A DNA stretch of 64,000 nt. Source: an uncultured Acidobacteriota bacterium. Lineage in GTDB: Bacteria > Acidobacteriota > Thermoanaerobaculia > Multivoradales > UBA5704. Of the stretch, positions 18,614 through 27,666 are shown piece after piece; position 1 is the first letter of the stretch, and each line of letters opens with the position of its first letter. Under the pieces are notes generated by a model. It was given only the letters and a program-made list of their open reading frames with translations, had not been told where the DNA came from and made no database searches. The translations under genes were made by a program, and so were the position numbers. Where the stretch lies: the NCBI GenBank assembly GCA_963700145.1, contig OY969474.1, positions 2,432,001-2,496,000 of the forward strand. Direction: 5' to 3'.

Positions 18614-20278
18614 CTACGTCTGCAGCACGCCGGTCTTGAACTCCGGGATCTCCGGGTTGTTGGCGACCGCGGCGAGGGAGCGGGTGAGGACATCGCGGGT
18701 CTCGGCGGGGTCCAACAGGGCATCGACCCAGAGGCGGGCGGCGGCGTAGCGGGGGTCCATGGCGCCGGCGTAGCGGGCCTGGATCTCGGTCAGGCGCCGC
18801 GCCTTTTCCTCCTCGGAGACGTCGTCGCCGCGGTTCTTGAGCTGGATGCCGAGCAGCGTCTTGCTCGCCTGGTCCCCGCCCATGACCGCGATCGCCGCCG
18901 ACGGCCAGGCGTAGAGGAACCGCGGGCCGTAGGCCTTGCCGCACATCGCGTAGTTGCCGGCGCCGTAGGAGTTGCCGACGAAGAGCGTCAGCTTCGGCAC
19001 CGTCGAGTTGGCGACCGCGTTCACCATCTTGGCGCCGTCCTTGATGATGCCGCCGCGCTCGGCACGGCTCCCCACCATGAAGCCGGTCACGTCCTGGAGG
19101 AAGACGAGCGGCAGCCTCTTCTGGTTGCACAGCTCGACGAAGCGCGCCCCCTTGTCGGCCGAGTCCGAGTAGATGACGCCGCCGATCTGCAGCTCCTTGT
19201 CCGACTCGCCGGTGCCGGTGCGCCGGGCCACGATCGAGCGCTGGTTGGCCACGATCCCTACCGCCCAGCCACCGATCCAGCCGGTGCCGCAGATCAGCGT
19301 CCGGCCGTAGGTCGCCTTGTACTCGTCGAGCTCGCTGCCGTCGAGGAGGCGCGCCAGCAGCTCGTAGGTGTCGTAGGGGCGCGTGCGGTCGACCGGCACG
19401 ACGCCGTACAGCTCCTCGGCCGGGTAGAGCGGCGGGCGCGGCTCCCGCCGCGCGAAAGGCGCCATCTCGCCGCGCGCGAGCTGCGCGAACTGGCTGCGGA
19501 TCTTCTCGAGGCAGGCGGCGTCGTCCGGGTGGCGGTGGTCGACGACCCCCGAGACGTCGCACTGCACGACCGCCCCGCCCAGCTCCTCGTTCTCGACCTT
19601 CTCGCCGATCGCCGCCCGCACCAGGTGCGAGCCGGCGAGGAAGATCGAGCCGGTCCCTTCGACGATGTGCGCCTCGTCGCTCATGATCGGCAGGTAGGCG
19701 CCGCCGGCGACGCAGGAGCCCATGATGGCGGCCATCTGGAAGACACCCTCGGCCGACAGCCGCGCGTTGTTGAAGAAGATCCGCCCGTAGTGCTCGCGGT
19801 CGGGGAAGATCTCGTCCTGCATCGGCAGGAAGACCCCGGCCGAGTCCACCAGGTAGACGATCGGCAGCCGGTTCTCGAGCGCCATCTCCTGGAGGCGCAG
19901 GACCTTCTTGATGCCGAGCGGGAACTTCGCGCCGGCCTTGACCGTGGCGTCGTCAGCCACGACCAGCACGTCGCGGCCGTGGATGGCGCCGATTCCCGCC
20001 ACCACCCCCGCGGCGGGCGCGCCGCCGTGCTCTTCGTAGAGGCCGTGCGCGGCCCACAGGCCCAGCTCGAGGAAGGGCGCGCCGGGGTCGCAGAGCGCCG
20101 CCACCCGCTCGCGCGCCGTCATCTTGCCCTGCGCGCGCTGCCGCTGCTGCCCCTTCTCGCCGCCGCCGAGCATGAGGCGCGCCTCCTCCTCGCGCAGCCG
20201 CGCCACGGCCTCGCGCCAGTGCGCGGCGCGGCGGCGGAAGGCGTCGTCCTGCTGCAGGCGGCTCTCGAGGACGGTCAC
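18614..20278 (-). CDS. Acyl-CoA carboxylase, carboxyltransferase (beta) subunit
   Basis: GKMTARER, YLVDSAGVFLP, GSCVAGGAY, GFMVG, SYGAGNYAMCG, FKTGVLQT. Confidence 0.92.
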   Translation of the reverse strand: MTVLESRLQQDDAFRRRAAHWREAVARLREEEARLMLGGGEKGQQRQRAQGKMTARERVAALCDPGAPFLELGLWAAHGLYEEHGGAPAAGVVAGIGAIHGRDVLVVADDATVKAGAKFPLGIKKVLRLQEMALENRLPIVYLVDSAGVFLPMQDEIFPDREHYGRIFFNNARLSAEGVFQMAAIMGSCVAGGAYLPIMSDEAHIVEGTGSIFLAGSHLVRAAIGEKVENEELGGAVVQCDVSGVVDHRHPDDAACLEKIRSQFAQLARGEMAPFARREPRPPLYPAEELYGVVPVDRTRPYDTYELLARLLDGSELDEYKATYGRTLICGTGWIGGWAVGIVANQRSIVARRTGTGESDKELQIGGVIYSDSADKGARFVELCNQKRLPLVFLQDVTGFMVGSRAERGGIIKDGAKMVNAVANSTVPKLTLFVGNSYGAGNYAMCGKAYGPRFLYAWPSAAIAVMGGDQASKTLLGIQLKNRGDDVSEEEKARRLTEIQARYAGAMDPRYAAARLWVDALLDPAETRDVLTRSLAAVANNPEIPEFKTGVLQT

Positions 20279-20425
20279 GGGCGGCGATTGTAGCGCCCGG
20301 CCTACGTGCCGGGCGTCGCGGCCGGCGCGCCGGCACGGACTGGCCCCGATCTTGCTCCTGTCCAAAGTGCGGCGCGGCGCACGTGCGGCGCGCCACCCCA
20401 CGAACTTAGGGAAAGGAGTCCAGCG

Positions 20426-20647
20426 ATGAACGACGACGTGTTCGAGGGCCGATGGAAGCAGGTCAAGGGCGACGTCAAGCGCGCCTGGGGCAAGCTCACC
20501 GACGACGACCTGGACAAGGCCGAGGGCAACCGCGAGAAGCTCGTGGGCGCCCTGCAGGAGCGGTACGGCTGGGAGAAGACCCACGCCGAAGGCGAGTTCG
20601 ACCGCTTCATCGAGTCGGTCCGCACCCCCGCCGGCACCAGCCGGTAA
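20426..20647 (+). CDS. CsbD family stress protein
   Basis: MNDDVFEGRWKQVKG..WGKLTDDDL..G.LQERYG; AAGGAG RBS. Confidence 0.9.
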   Translation: MNDDVFEGRWKQVKGDVKRAWGKLTDDDLDKAEGNREKLVGALQERYGWEKTHAEGEFDRFIESVRTPAGTSR

Positions 20648-20715
20648 TAGCGTTAGCTTCCCGTTCCCGGCGGCGCGGCCAGCGTGCCGCGCCGCCGGGC
20701 CTGTAACATCCCCGC

Positions 20716-21426
20716 GTGCACATCCGCCTCCTCGCTTTCGCCAGCGCCGGCGACGCGCTCGGCGCCGGAGAGCTCGAGGTCGAGCTGCCGGACGGCAGCC
20801 GCCTCGCCGACCTGCGCGCGCTCCTGGCGCGCGACCACCCGGCGCTCGCACCGCTCTGGCCGCGGCTGGCGGTGGCGATCGACGGCCGGCTGGCGGCGCC
20901 CGACGAGGCGCTCCCCGACGGCGCCGAGGTGGCTCTGCTGCCGCCGGTGTCCGGTGGATCGGGAGGATCGGAGGGGGCGTCCGCTTCAGCCGCGGAGCTG
21001 GTGGACGGCCCGCTCGACGTGGACGCCGTCGTGGGCCGGGTGAGCGGCCCCGACCGCGGCGCCGTCGTCGTTTTCCTCGGCACGGTACGCGACCGCCACG
21101 CCGGCCGCGCCGTGGAACGCCTCACCTACTCCGCCTACCGTCCGATGGCCGAGTCCCGCCTCCGCGCCATCACCGCCGACCTCGCCGCCGCCGCGCCCGG
21201 CGTCCGGGTGGCGATCGCCCACCGCCTCGGCGAGGTGCCGGTCGGCGAGCCGAGCGTCGTCATCGCCGTCGCCTCCCCCCACCGCGCCGCCGCCTACGAA
21301 GCCAGCCGCGCCGCCCTGGAGCGGCTGAAGACCGAGGTCCCGATCTGGAAACGCGAGCACTACGCCGGCGGCGAGGCGGCGTGGCGGGAGGAGGAGGCGC
21401 TTACCGCCGCCCGGGAAACGGGTTAG
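20716..21426 (+). CDS. MoaD-MoaE fusion (molybdopterin synthase)
   Basis: Ubiquitin-like MoaD ending PPVSGG, a linker, then MoaE motifs FLGTVR, HRLG, LKTEVPIWKRE. Confidence 0.9.
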   Translation: MHIRLLAFASAGDALGAGELEVELPDGSRLADLRALLARDHPALAPLWPRLAVAIDGRLAAPDEALPDGAEVALLPPVSGGSGGSEGASASAAELVDGPLDVDAVVGRVSGPDRGAVVVFLGTVRDRHAGRAVERLTYSAYRPMAESRLRAITADLAAAAPGVRVAIAHRLGEVPVGEPSVVIAVASPHRAAAYEASRAALERLKTEVPIWKREHYAGGEAAWREEEALTAARETG

Positions 21427-22112
21427 TGCTGGAGGTGTTGACCGTCAGGCGGTACACCGAAGTGACGGCCTCGCCGTTCACGCGGGCCGGCGTGAAGCGC
21501 CAGTGGCGGAGAGCGTCGAGGGTCACGAAGGCGTGGATCGGGAGCGCCTTCGCCGAGGCGAGGACGGGCTGCGTCGGGCGGCCGTCCGTGTCGACCAGCA
21601 CTTCGACGGCGACCTCCGTCGCGATCACCGCCGAGACCGGCCTGAAGAAGTGCTTCGGCCATTCGGGCCGCTCGGCCGGCTTGGCCAACTCGCCTTTGAC
21701 CAAGTCGCCGTTGGGGAGGAGGACCTCGCCAGCTTGAAACTTTCCCGTCGCCGAGCCGACCAGGGACCGCGGGGGCGGCAGCTCGAGCAGGAGGCGGCGC
21801 TCGCGGAGTGAAGGCAGGAGCTCGAGGGCGCGCTGGGCGTCCATCGCGATGGCCGTGAACCACCACCAGGTCGCGTCCGCTGGATCGCCGGCGCCGCTCG
21901 CGATCGCCGCACACTGCGCCGCCTTCTCGGCGTACTGGGCGGCCGAAAGCTGCCGGCGGTCGGGCCTGCGGGCCTCGTCCGCGGCGAGGCTCTCGCATTT
22001 CTTGGAACCGGACGCCCAATCGCGGGTCTCGATCGCGCGGCCGAGGGGATCGGAGGCGTGCGCGGCAGCCGCGAACAGGGCCAACAGCAGGGCGGAAGCG
22101 AACGTTCTTCAT
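21401..22112 (-). CDS. Exported protein with TonB C-terminal domain (signal peptide disrupted by a +1 frameshift right after the ATG)
   Basis: C-terminal VEVLVDTDGRP..LDALRHWRFTPARVNGEAV. ATG at 22112 is one base out of frame with TFASALLLALFAAAAHA. Confidence 0.6.
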
Positions 22113-22154
22113 CAGGTCAGGCACTCCAGCAGGTAGAAGCCTCTCCGTGCTGCT

Positions 22155-22830
22155 CGGGAAATTCGGTACAGCGCCTGGGAAATTCCCCCCGCGAGCCGGG
22201 GAGCGTGCCCCACCGGCCGGGGAGCGCCTTCCCAGCGGCCGGGATACGTTCCCCAGGGGGTGGGGAGCGCTCCCCCGCGGGTGGGGAGTGCTCCCCGCGG
22301 TCCGGGGAGCGTGTCCCGCGGCTCGGGGAGCGTTCCCCGCCGCCCGGGGAGTGCTCCCCAGCGCCGGGGGAGCGTGTCCCAGGTCGCGGGGAGCGGTCCC
22401 CACCTTCGGGGGAGCATTCCCCGGGCCGTGGGGAGCCCTCCCCGCGGCGGAAAGCGCTTGGACGAAGCGCCGGAACGGCCGTCCGAGCCGCCCGGGCGCT
22501 CGCCCGCGGCGCCGGGGCGGTTGGACGAGGCGTTCGGGGGCCTGTGCGAGCCGTCCGGACCAGCGTCCCGGGCGCCGGGGAGACTGTACCGAGACCTGGG
22601 GCAAGCGTCCTTGGCATGTGGACGCTTGCCCCAGCCGCCGGGGAGCTTGGACCGGGCAGCGGGGCAAATGGACTTGGCGTCCGTCCGCTCACCCCGCGCG
22701 ACGGGGAGCTTGGACCGAGCCGCGGGGCCAGCGTGCGGAGCGCTGGGAGTCTTGCACCGGCCGTCGGGGAGGCTGTACCGGACGATGGGGAGCTTGCCCT
22801 GCGTGGCGGGGAGCTTGGACACGGGGTTGC
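22155..22830. repeat. 21-bp-period degenerate tandem array (about 30 units; first about 13 with core GGGGAGCGYTCCCC)
   Basis: Cores recur about every 21 nt from about 22177 to 22430, then variants (GGGGAGCTTGGACC) to about 22830. Confidence 0.85.
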
Positions 22831-22949
22831 CTTCGGGATCGTGCAGGCGCGCGAAGCGCCCATTGGGATTACCGCACCGGCCGCGGCAGCGCCGGCGGCG
22901 GATATAGTCATCTCTGTATACAACGCAATCTGCCAAGGAGGTGCATGCC

Positions 22950-24044
22950 ATGTGGAGAGTCACCGCAGGTCGCCGCCGCCCGGGTTTCTGCCTCGCCGTC
23001 GCGCTCGGCGCCCTGGCCGTGGCGCGCGCCGCCGAGGCGCAGCCGTTCCAGGCCTGGATCACTTTCGCCGGCAACCCAACCCACGGTTTCGTGCGGGTCC
23101 TGCACAGCGCCGCGCTGAATCCCACCGGCGCCTTCACGATCGAGGCGTGGGTCGCGATCTCCAACAACGTCGCCGGCGAGGACTGCCGCTCGATCGCGGG
23201 GAAGAACTTTCAGCAAGCCTGGTGGATCGGCCAGTGCAACGTCGCCGGCCAGCCGACGCTGCGCTCGTACCTCAAGGGGTCCGGCTCGCTGAAGCAAGGC
23301 GGGATCATCCCGCGCAACGTCTGGACGCACGTCGCCGTCACCTTCGACGGCGCGACGCGGCGCCACTACATCAACGGCGAGCTGGCGGCGCAGTTCCCCG
23401 AGGCCGGCCCGCTGACGACGAGCGCCAGCGAGATGCGCATCGGCAGCGACGTCTCGTGGCAGTTCACTCCGGCCGGGGCGATCGACGAGGTGCGCCTCTG
23501 GAACGTGGCGCGGACGCTGGGCCAGATCCGCGCCAACCTCAACGAGCCGATCACCTCGGCGCAGCCCGGGCTAGTGGCGGTCTGGGCGCTCGACGGCAAC
23601 GCCAACGACGTCGTCGGGCCGCGCGACGGCAGCGTGCAAGGCGCCGGCGTCGGCTTCCTCACTTTCCCGGTGCTCTTCGACTGCGGCCCCAACACGGCGA
23701 CCACTCTCTGCCTGCAGGACCGCTTCGTCATTCGCGCCTTCTGGCGCACCAACCCGGTCCCGGGGACGCCGCCCGACGGCCAAGCCCAAACCGTGCCCGT
23801 GGTCAACCAGGGTTCCGGTCTCTTCTGGTTCTTCTCCGCGGAGAACTGGGAGGTGATGGTCAAGGCGATCAACGCCTGCGGCTTGAACAACCGGTTCTGG
23901 ATCTTCTCGGCGTCGGCCACCAACGTCTTCTACCGCATGGAGGTCAACGACGCGCGGGCCGGCGCGCAGAAGATCTACTTCAACTACTCGGGGCCGCCGG
24001 CGCCGGCGGTGACGGACACCGACGCCTTCGCCACCTGCCCGTAA
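22950..24044 (+). CDS. Secreted LamG/ConA-like jelly-roll protein with a conserved about 110-aa C-terminal domain
   Basis: FTIEAWV, WTHVAVTFDG..YING, GAIDEVRLWNVART; C-terminal CLQDRF..FWFF..WEVMVK..C..FW; AAGGAGG RBS. Confidence 0.8.
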   Translation: MWRVTAGRRRPGFCLAVALGALAVARAAEAQPFQAWITFAGNPTHGFVRVLHSAALNPTGAFTIEAWVAISNNVAGEDCRSIAGKNFQQAWWIGQCNVAGQPTLRSYLKGSGSLKQGGIIPRNVWTHVAVTFDGATRRHYINGELAAQFPEAGPLTTSASEMRIGSDVSWQFTPAGAIDEVRLWNVARTLGQIRANLNEPITSAQPGLVAVWALDGNANDVVGPRDGSVQGAGVGFLTFPVLFDCGPNTATTLCLQDRFVIRAFWRTNPVPGTPPDGQAQTVPVVNQGSGLFWFFSAENWEVMVKAINACGLNNRFWIFSASATNVFYRMEVNDARAGAQKIYFNYSGPPAPAVTDTDAFATCP

Positions 24045-24086
24045 CGGCGGGTCACCGGATGTAGCCGAGGGGGCGGAGCTGGAGGC

Positions 24087-25358
24087 CTATGCGGTCTCCG
24101 CCTGCCGCGCCAGCACGAAGGCGCGGAAGCCCGCCTCCAGCTCCTCCCAGCTCCGGCCGAGGCGGGCGCGGAGGGCTTCGGGGGCGACCGAGCCGCCGGC
24201 GGCGACGCCGGCGAGGAAGGCGCGGAAGGCGGGGGCGAGGGCGCCCCCTTCCCCTTCGAGCAGGTAGCGCACCCAGAAGGACGCCTGGGCGTAGTGGAGG
24301 CGGGCGCCGCCGCCGGCGACGAAGGCGGCCCACTCGAGGTCGAGCAGCTCCGGCAGCGGCCGCAGCGTCCCCGCCTCGACGCCCTCGGCCAGGCGGTGGA
24401 GGGCGGCGGGGCCGCCGAAGAACTGCCGGCGGAAGCCCTCGACGACGATGGCGCCGCCGAGCGTCCCGGGCGCCAGCCGCCCGGCCTCGTCGATCCGCGA
24501 CAGCGCCAGCTCGTCGGCGATCCCCTCGTCGAGCCAGCTCGGCAGCGCCGGGCCGATCGCCCGCCGGTTGAGGAGATGGGTCAGCTCGTGGACCAGCGTG
24601 CCGCCGACCTCGGCGCGGCGGCGGCCGCCGTCGAAGAGGGCCGCCAGGCCGTGGCCGGTGTGGCCGGAGGCGGCGAGCCCGGCGAGGCGGCCTTCGCGCT
24701 CCTGGAAGCCGCGGTAGGCCGTCTCGTCGGCGAAGAGGACCACGGTCTCGGCCGGCTCGCCCACCGGCGCCAGGCCGTAGCGGGCGCGGTAGCTCGGCTC
24801 GATGCCGGCCGCCACGCGGTCGAGCCAGGCCAGCCGCTCGGGGTCGGCGAGGTCGGTGACCAGGGCGTAGGGCCCGAGCCGCCCCTCGGCGGCGCCTTCG
24901 CCCAGCGCGGCGCGGGCGACCGCGAGGAGCGCCGGGTCGGCGGGTGTGCCGGGGAGCGGCAGCGTCGGGTCAGAGGCGCTGCCGAGCGGCGGCTCGTCCC
25001 AATCCCCTTCGAGCGGCACCCAGCCGGAGTGCCCGCGGTACTCGACCTTCACCCAGCCCGGCCGGTGGTCGAGGACCTTGAGGTTGCCGTAGGCGTGGAA
25101 GCGGGTGAGGGCACGGGCCCCGGCGCGCGGCCCGGCGTGGAGGGCCGCGCCGCGCTCGATCGAGACGCTCGCCGGCGGCGGCGGCGCGGCGTTGGGATCG
25201 AGCGGGAAGGAGCTCCCCTTCTCGAACAGTCCCTCGCTCAGCTTCCAGGGGCGCGGCGCCCGCGGCGGCTCTTCGCGGCGCAGGAGCCAGGCGGCGGCGC
25301 CGAGGCCGGCGGCGGCGAGAAGCGCCAGGGCGGCGACGAAGGCGGTGCGGCGGCCCAT
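24087..25358 (-). CDS. Membrane-anchored zincin-like peptidase (HExxH; DUF1570/peptidase MA-like) with an SH3-like domain
   Basis: GWVKVEYRGHSGWV; LVHELTHL..PSWLDEGIAD; YAQAS.WVRYL. Confidence 0.6.
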   Translation of the reverse strand: MGRRTAFVAALALLAAAGLGAAAWLLRREEPPRAPRPWKLSEGLFEKGSSFPLDPNAAPPPPASVSIERGAALHAGPRAGARALTRFHAYGNLKVLDHRPGWVKVEYRGHSGWVPLEGDWDEPPLGSASDPTLPLPGTPADPALLAVARAALGEGAAEGRLGPYALVTDLADPERLAWLDRVAAGIEPSYRARYGLAPVGEPAETVVLFADETAYRGFQEREGRLAGLAASGHTGHGLAALFDGGRRRAEVGGTLVHELTHLLNRRAIGPALPSWLDEGIADELALSRIDEAGRLAPGTLGGAIVVEGFRRQFFGGPAALHRLAEGVEAGTLRPLPELLDLEWAAFVAGGGARLHYAQASFWVRYLLEGEGGALAPAFRAFLAGVAAGGSVAPEALRARLGRSWEELEAGFRAFVLARQAETA

Positions 25359-25380
25359 GGCCGGCAATTGTAGACGCCGC

Positions 25381-26157
25381 TCAGGGCGCGGGCGGCCGGT
25401 GCGCGCGGCGCCAGACGAGGACGCTCCAGGCGAGCGCGAGGGCCGGCAGCAGGACGAAGAGCGGCGGCATCCAGCGCGCCGCCTCCGCCGCGTCGCCGGG
25501 GCTCGGCGGCAGCCCCTGGTGCGCCCGCCAAGCCGTCACGTACTCGGCGATCCAGGCCGGCAGCGCGTCGTAGGCGAGGACGGCCGAGAGGATCGACGCG
25601 CCGTGGACGGCGACCGAGAGCGGTAGGACCGCGGGCCGCAGCCGCAGCGCCGCGGCGCCCACCAGGCACTCCAGGACCCCCACGGCGACGCAGAGCGCGG
25701 CCGACGCGGCGGCCGGCAGCTCGAGCCCGAACCAGGGCGTCGGCGGTGCCGCGACCGTCCAGCGCACCGCCTGCTTGACGCCGCTCAGGATCGCCAGGAC
25801 GCCGAAGAGGACGGTCCACCAGGCCTCGGCCTGAAGCAGCCGCTCCGGCACCATCGGCACAGCGGGGCGCGCCGGGCCGGGTGGATAGAGCAGCTCAGAG
25901 CCCGGCAGCTCGATCGAGAGGAGGGCGTTGCCCGGCGACCAGCGGGCGAAGCGGACGAGGGCGATCTCGACGACGGCGAAGAGCAGCGTCTTGGCGACGA
26001 GCGCCTCGCGCGTCGCCCCCGCGAAGCGCGGCCCGAGGGCCCAGACGGCGAGCGCCCAGAGGCCGCCGAAGAGGAGGTAGTCGAGGTAGACCGCCAGGAG
26101 CTGCCGCCAGCCGCTCGCGGGGGCCCGTCCGGGCGGCAGCTCCGGCTCGGCGGTCAC
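25381..26157 (-). CDS. Integral membrane protein (RDD-like N-terminus)
   Basis: WRQLLAVYLDYLL..SPGNALLSI; several TM helices. Confidence 0.55.
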   Translation of the reverse strand: MTAEPELPPGRAPASGWRQLLAVYLDYLLFGGLWALAVWALGPRFAGATREALVAKTLLFAVVEIALVRFARWSPGNALLSIELPGSELLYPPGPARPAVPMVPERLLQAEAWWTVLFGVLAILSGVKQAVRWTVAAPPTPWFGLELPAAASAALCVAVGVLECLVGAAALRLRPAVLPLSVAVHGASILSAVLAYDALPAWIAEYVTAWRAHQGLPPSPGDAAEAARWMPPLFVLLPALALAWSVLVWRRAHRPPAP

Positions 26158-26164
26158 GCCGCGC

Positions 26165-26986
26165 TCACCGCAGCCTCACCCCTTCGAGCACGTACTCCTC
26201 CTCCACCGCCTGGTCCGCGTCGAGGCCGCCGTACTCCGCCGCCGCCCAATCTTCCAGCTCGCGCAGCACCTCTTCCTGCACGCCGGGCGGTAGGACGATC
26301 CCGCCGAGCCCATCCTTGCTCCGCCAGTCGGCGAGGGCGCGGCGCGGCGAGTGGAAGGCCGGCCAGGAGGCGGCGACGGTACGCGGCAGCTCGCGGGCGC
26401 CGCGGGCGCGGAGGGCTTCTAGGAGGCGCTTGCCTCCCGCCGAGCGGGGAGCGTAGCCCCGCTCGCGCAGCCGCCGCCGCATCTCGCGAGCGAGACGTCC
26501 CTTGACGCTCTCGGGCGGGCGCTCGACCCACCCCACGACGCAGGCCGCGCCCGCTCCTCCCACCCGGAAAAGCTCCCCTACCACGTGCTCTTCCGGCAGC
26601 AGGTGGAGTGCGCGCGAGCCGAAGACGGCGCGGGCGGCGCCGTCCGGCAGCGGCCAGGGGCGCGCGGCGTCGGCCTGCACCAGGGGGGCGCCGCCGGGGA
26701 GACGCCGCCGGAAGACCTCGAGCATCGGACGCGAAACGTCGAGGCCGAGGTAGCGGACGGGCTGCTCGAGGAGCCACCGCCCGACGAGCCCGGTGCCGGC
26801 GCCGATCTCCACCAGCAAGTCACCCGGGGCGACCTCCGCCATCGCCACGACGGCGACGGCGACGGCGTGGCCGGTCTCCGCCGTCAGCCCGGCCCGGAGG
26901 TCGAACTCCGCGGCCTGGGCATCGAAGGAGGTGGCGGAGGTCAGCGGCAGCGCTCCGCGGTCAGCCGCCGTTGTTCGTGTGCCCAA
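26165..26986 (-). CDS. Class I SAM-dependent methyltransferase (start uncertain)
   Basis: LVEIGAGTG, LGLDVSRPML, QADA..WPLPDG. Confidence 0.8.
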   Translation of the reverse strand: MGTRTTAADRGALPLTSATSFDAQAAEFDLRAGLTAETGHAVAVAVVAMAEVAPGDLLVEIGAGTGLVGRWLLEQPVRYLGLDVSRPMLEVFRRRLPGGAPLVQADAARPWPLPDGAARAVFGSRALHLLPEEHVVGELFRVGGAGAACVVGWVERPPESVKGRLAREMRRRLRERGYAPRSAGGKRLLEALRARGARELPRTVAASWPAFHSPRRALADWRSKDGLGGIVLPPGVQEEVLRELEDWAAAEYGGLDADQAVEEEYVLEGVRLR

Positions 26987-27542
26987 TGATCGGCCGCACG
27001 ATCTTCGCCATCGCCAGGCCGGCCAGGAGCCACCCGCCGACCTGATCGACCAGCTCGGCGCCGAGGTAGGCCTCCGGGAAGCCGTACCAGATCCAGTACG
27101 AGGCGCTGACCGCCAGCCAGGCGAAGACGCCGGCCAGGGCCACCAGCAGCACGCGGCGGCCGTAAGGGGCGAGGACGTGCGCCAGCCCGAAGGCGACGAG
27201 AAGCGCCGCCAGGACGTCGGACAGCAGCTCGAGGACGAGCTGGCGCACCATCATCGGCTCCGCCCCCTGCGGATGGACGACCATGATGCCGGTCGGCCCG
27301 GTGCGCATGCGCTCCACCCACGCCTCGTGCTGCTCGGGCGTCATGTCGGGGCTCATCCCGGCGGCCGGGAAGAAGTAGAACCCGTCCTCGCGGACGTTCG
27401 CGCGCAGCGCCCCGAGCACCGCCTCCTCGCCCGGCAGGACGCTGATCCCCGCCATCCCCAACGGCGTCGCCATGTGCAGCAAGGCGCTCCACGCGAAGAC
27501 GATGAGACCGCCGGCCACGGCACCCAGCAGGATCCGTTTCAT
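26961..27542 (-). CDS. Hypothetical membrane protein
   Basis: MKRILLGAVAGGLIVFAWS..; four TM helices; GGAGG RBS. Confidence 0.7.
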   Translation of the reverse strand: MKRILLGAVAGGLIVFAWSALLHMATPLGMAGISVLPGEEAVLGALRANVREDGFYFFPAAGMSPDMTPEQHEAWVERMRTGPTGIMVVHPQGAEPMMVRQLVLELLSDVLAALLVAFGLAHVLAPYGRRVLLVALAGVFAWLAVSASYWIWYGFPEAYLGAELVDQVGGWLLAGLAMAKIVRPIIGHTNNGG

Positions 27543-27578
27543 AACCCCTCCAAGGGAAAGTGACGAAAGCATAAGGCA

Positions 27579-27657
27579 CCCGCCCCCAGATCCTTCGCTG
27601 CGCTCAGGATGACATGCGAACCGTCATCCTGAGCGAAGCGAAGGATCTGGGCGGGGG
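27579..27657. repeat. REP-like inverted pair
   Basis: ccagatccttcgctgcgctcaggatgac ... gtcatcctgagcgaagcgaaggatctgg. Confidence 0.85.
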
Positions 27658-27666
27658 AAGCCTCGC

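Noticed and set aside
22155-22830. CRISPR array (also considered for 42650-42930 and 55334-55560)
   Set aside because: Repeats are 14 bp and degenerate, spacers are only about 7 bp and partly reused, and there are no cas genes in the window
22058-23167. Long ORFs in all six frames across the 21-bp array
   Set aside because: Low-complexity Pro/Arg/Gly translations caused by a stop-free GC-rich repeat; no domain or RBS support
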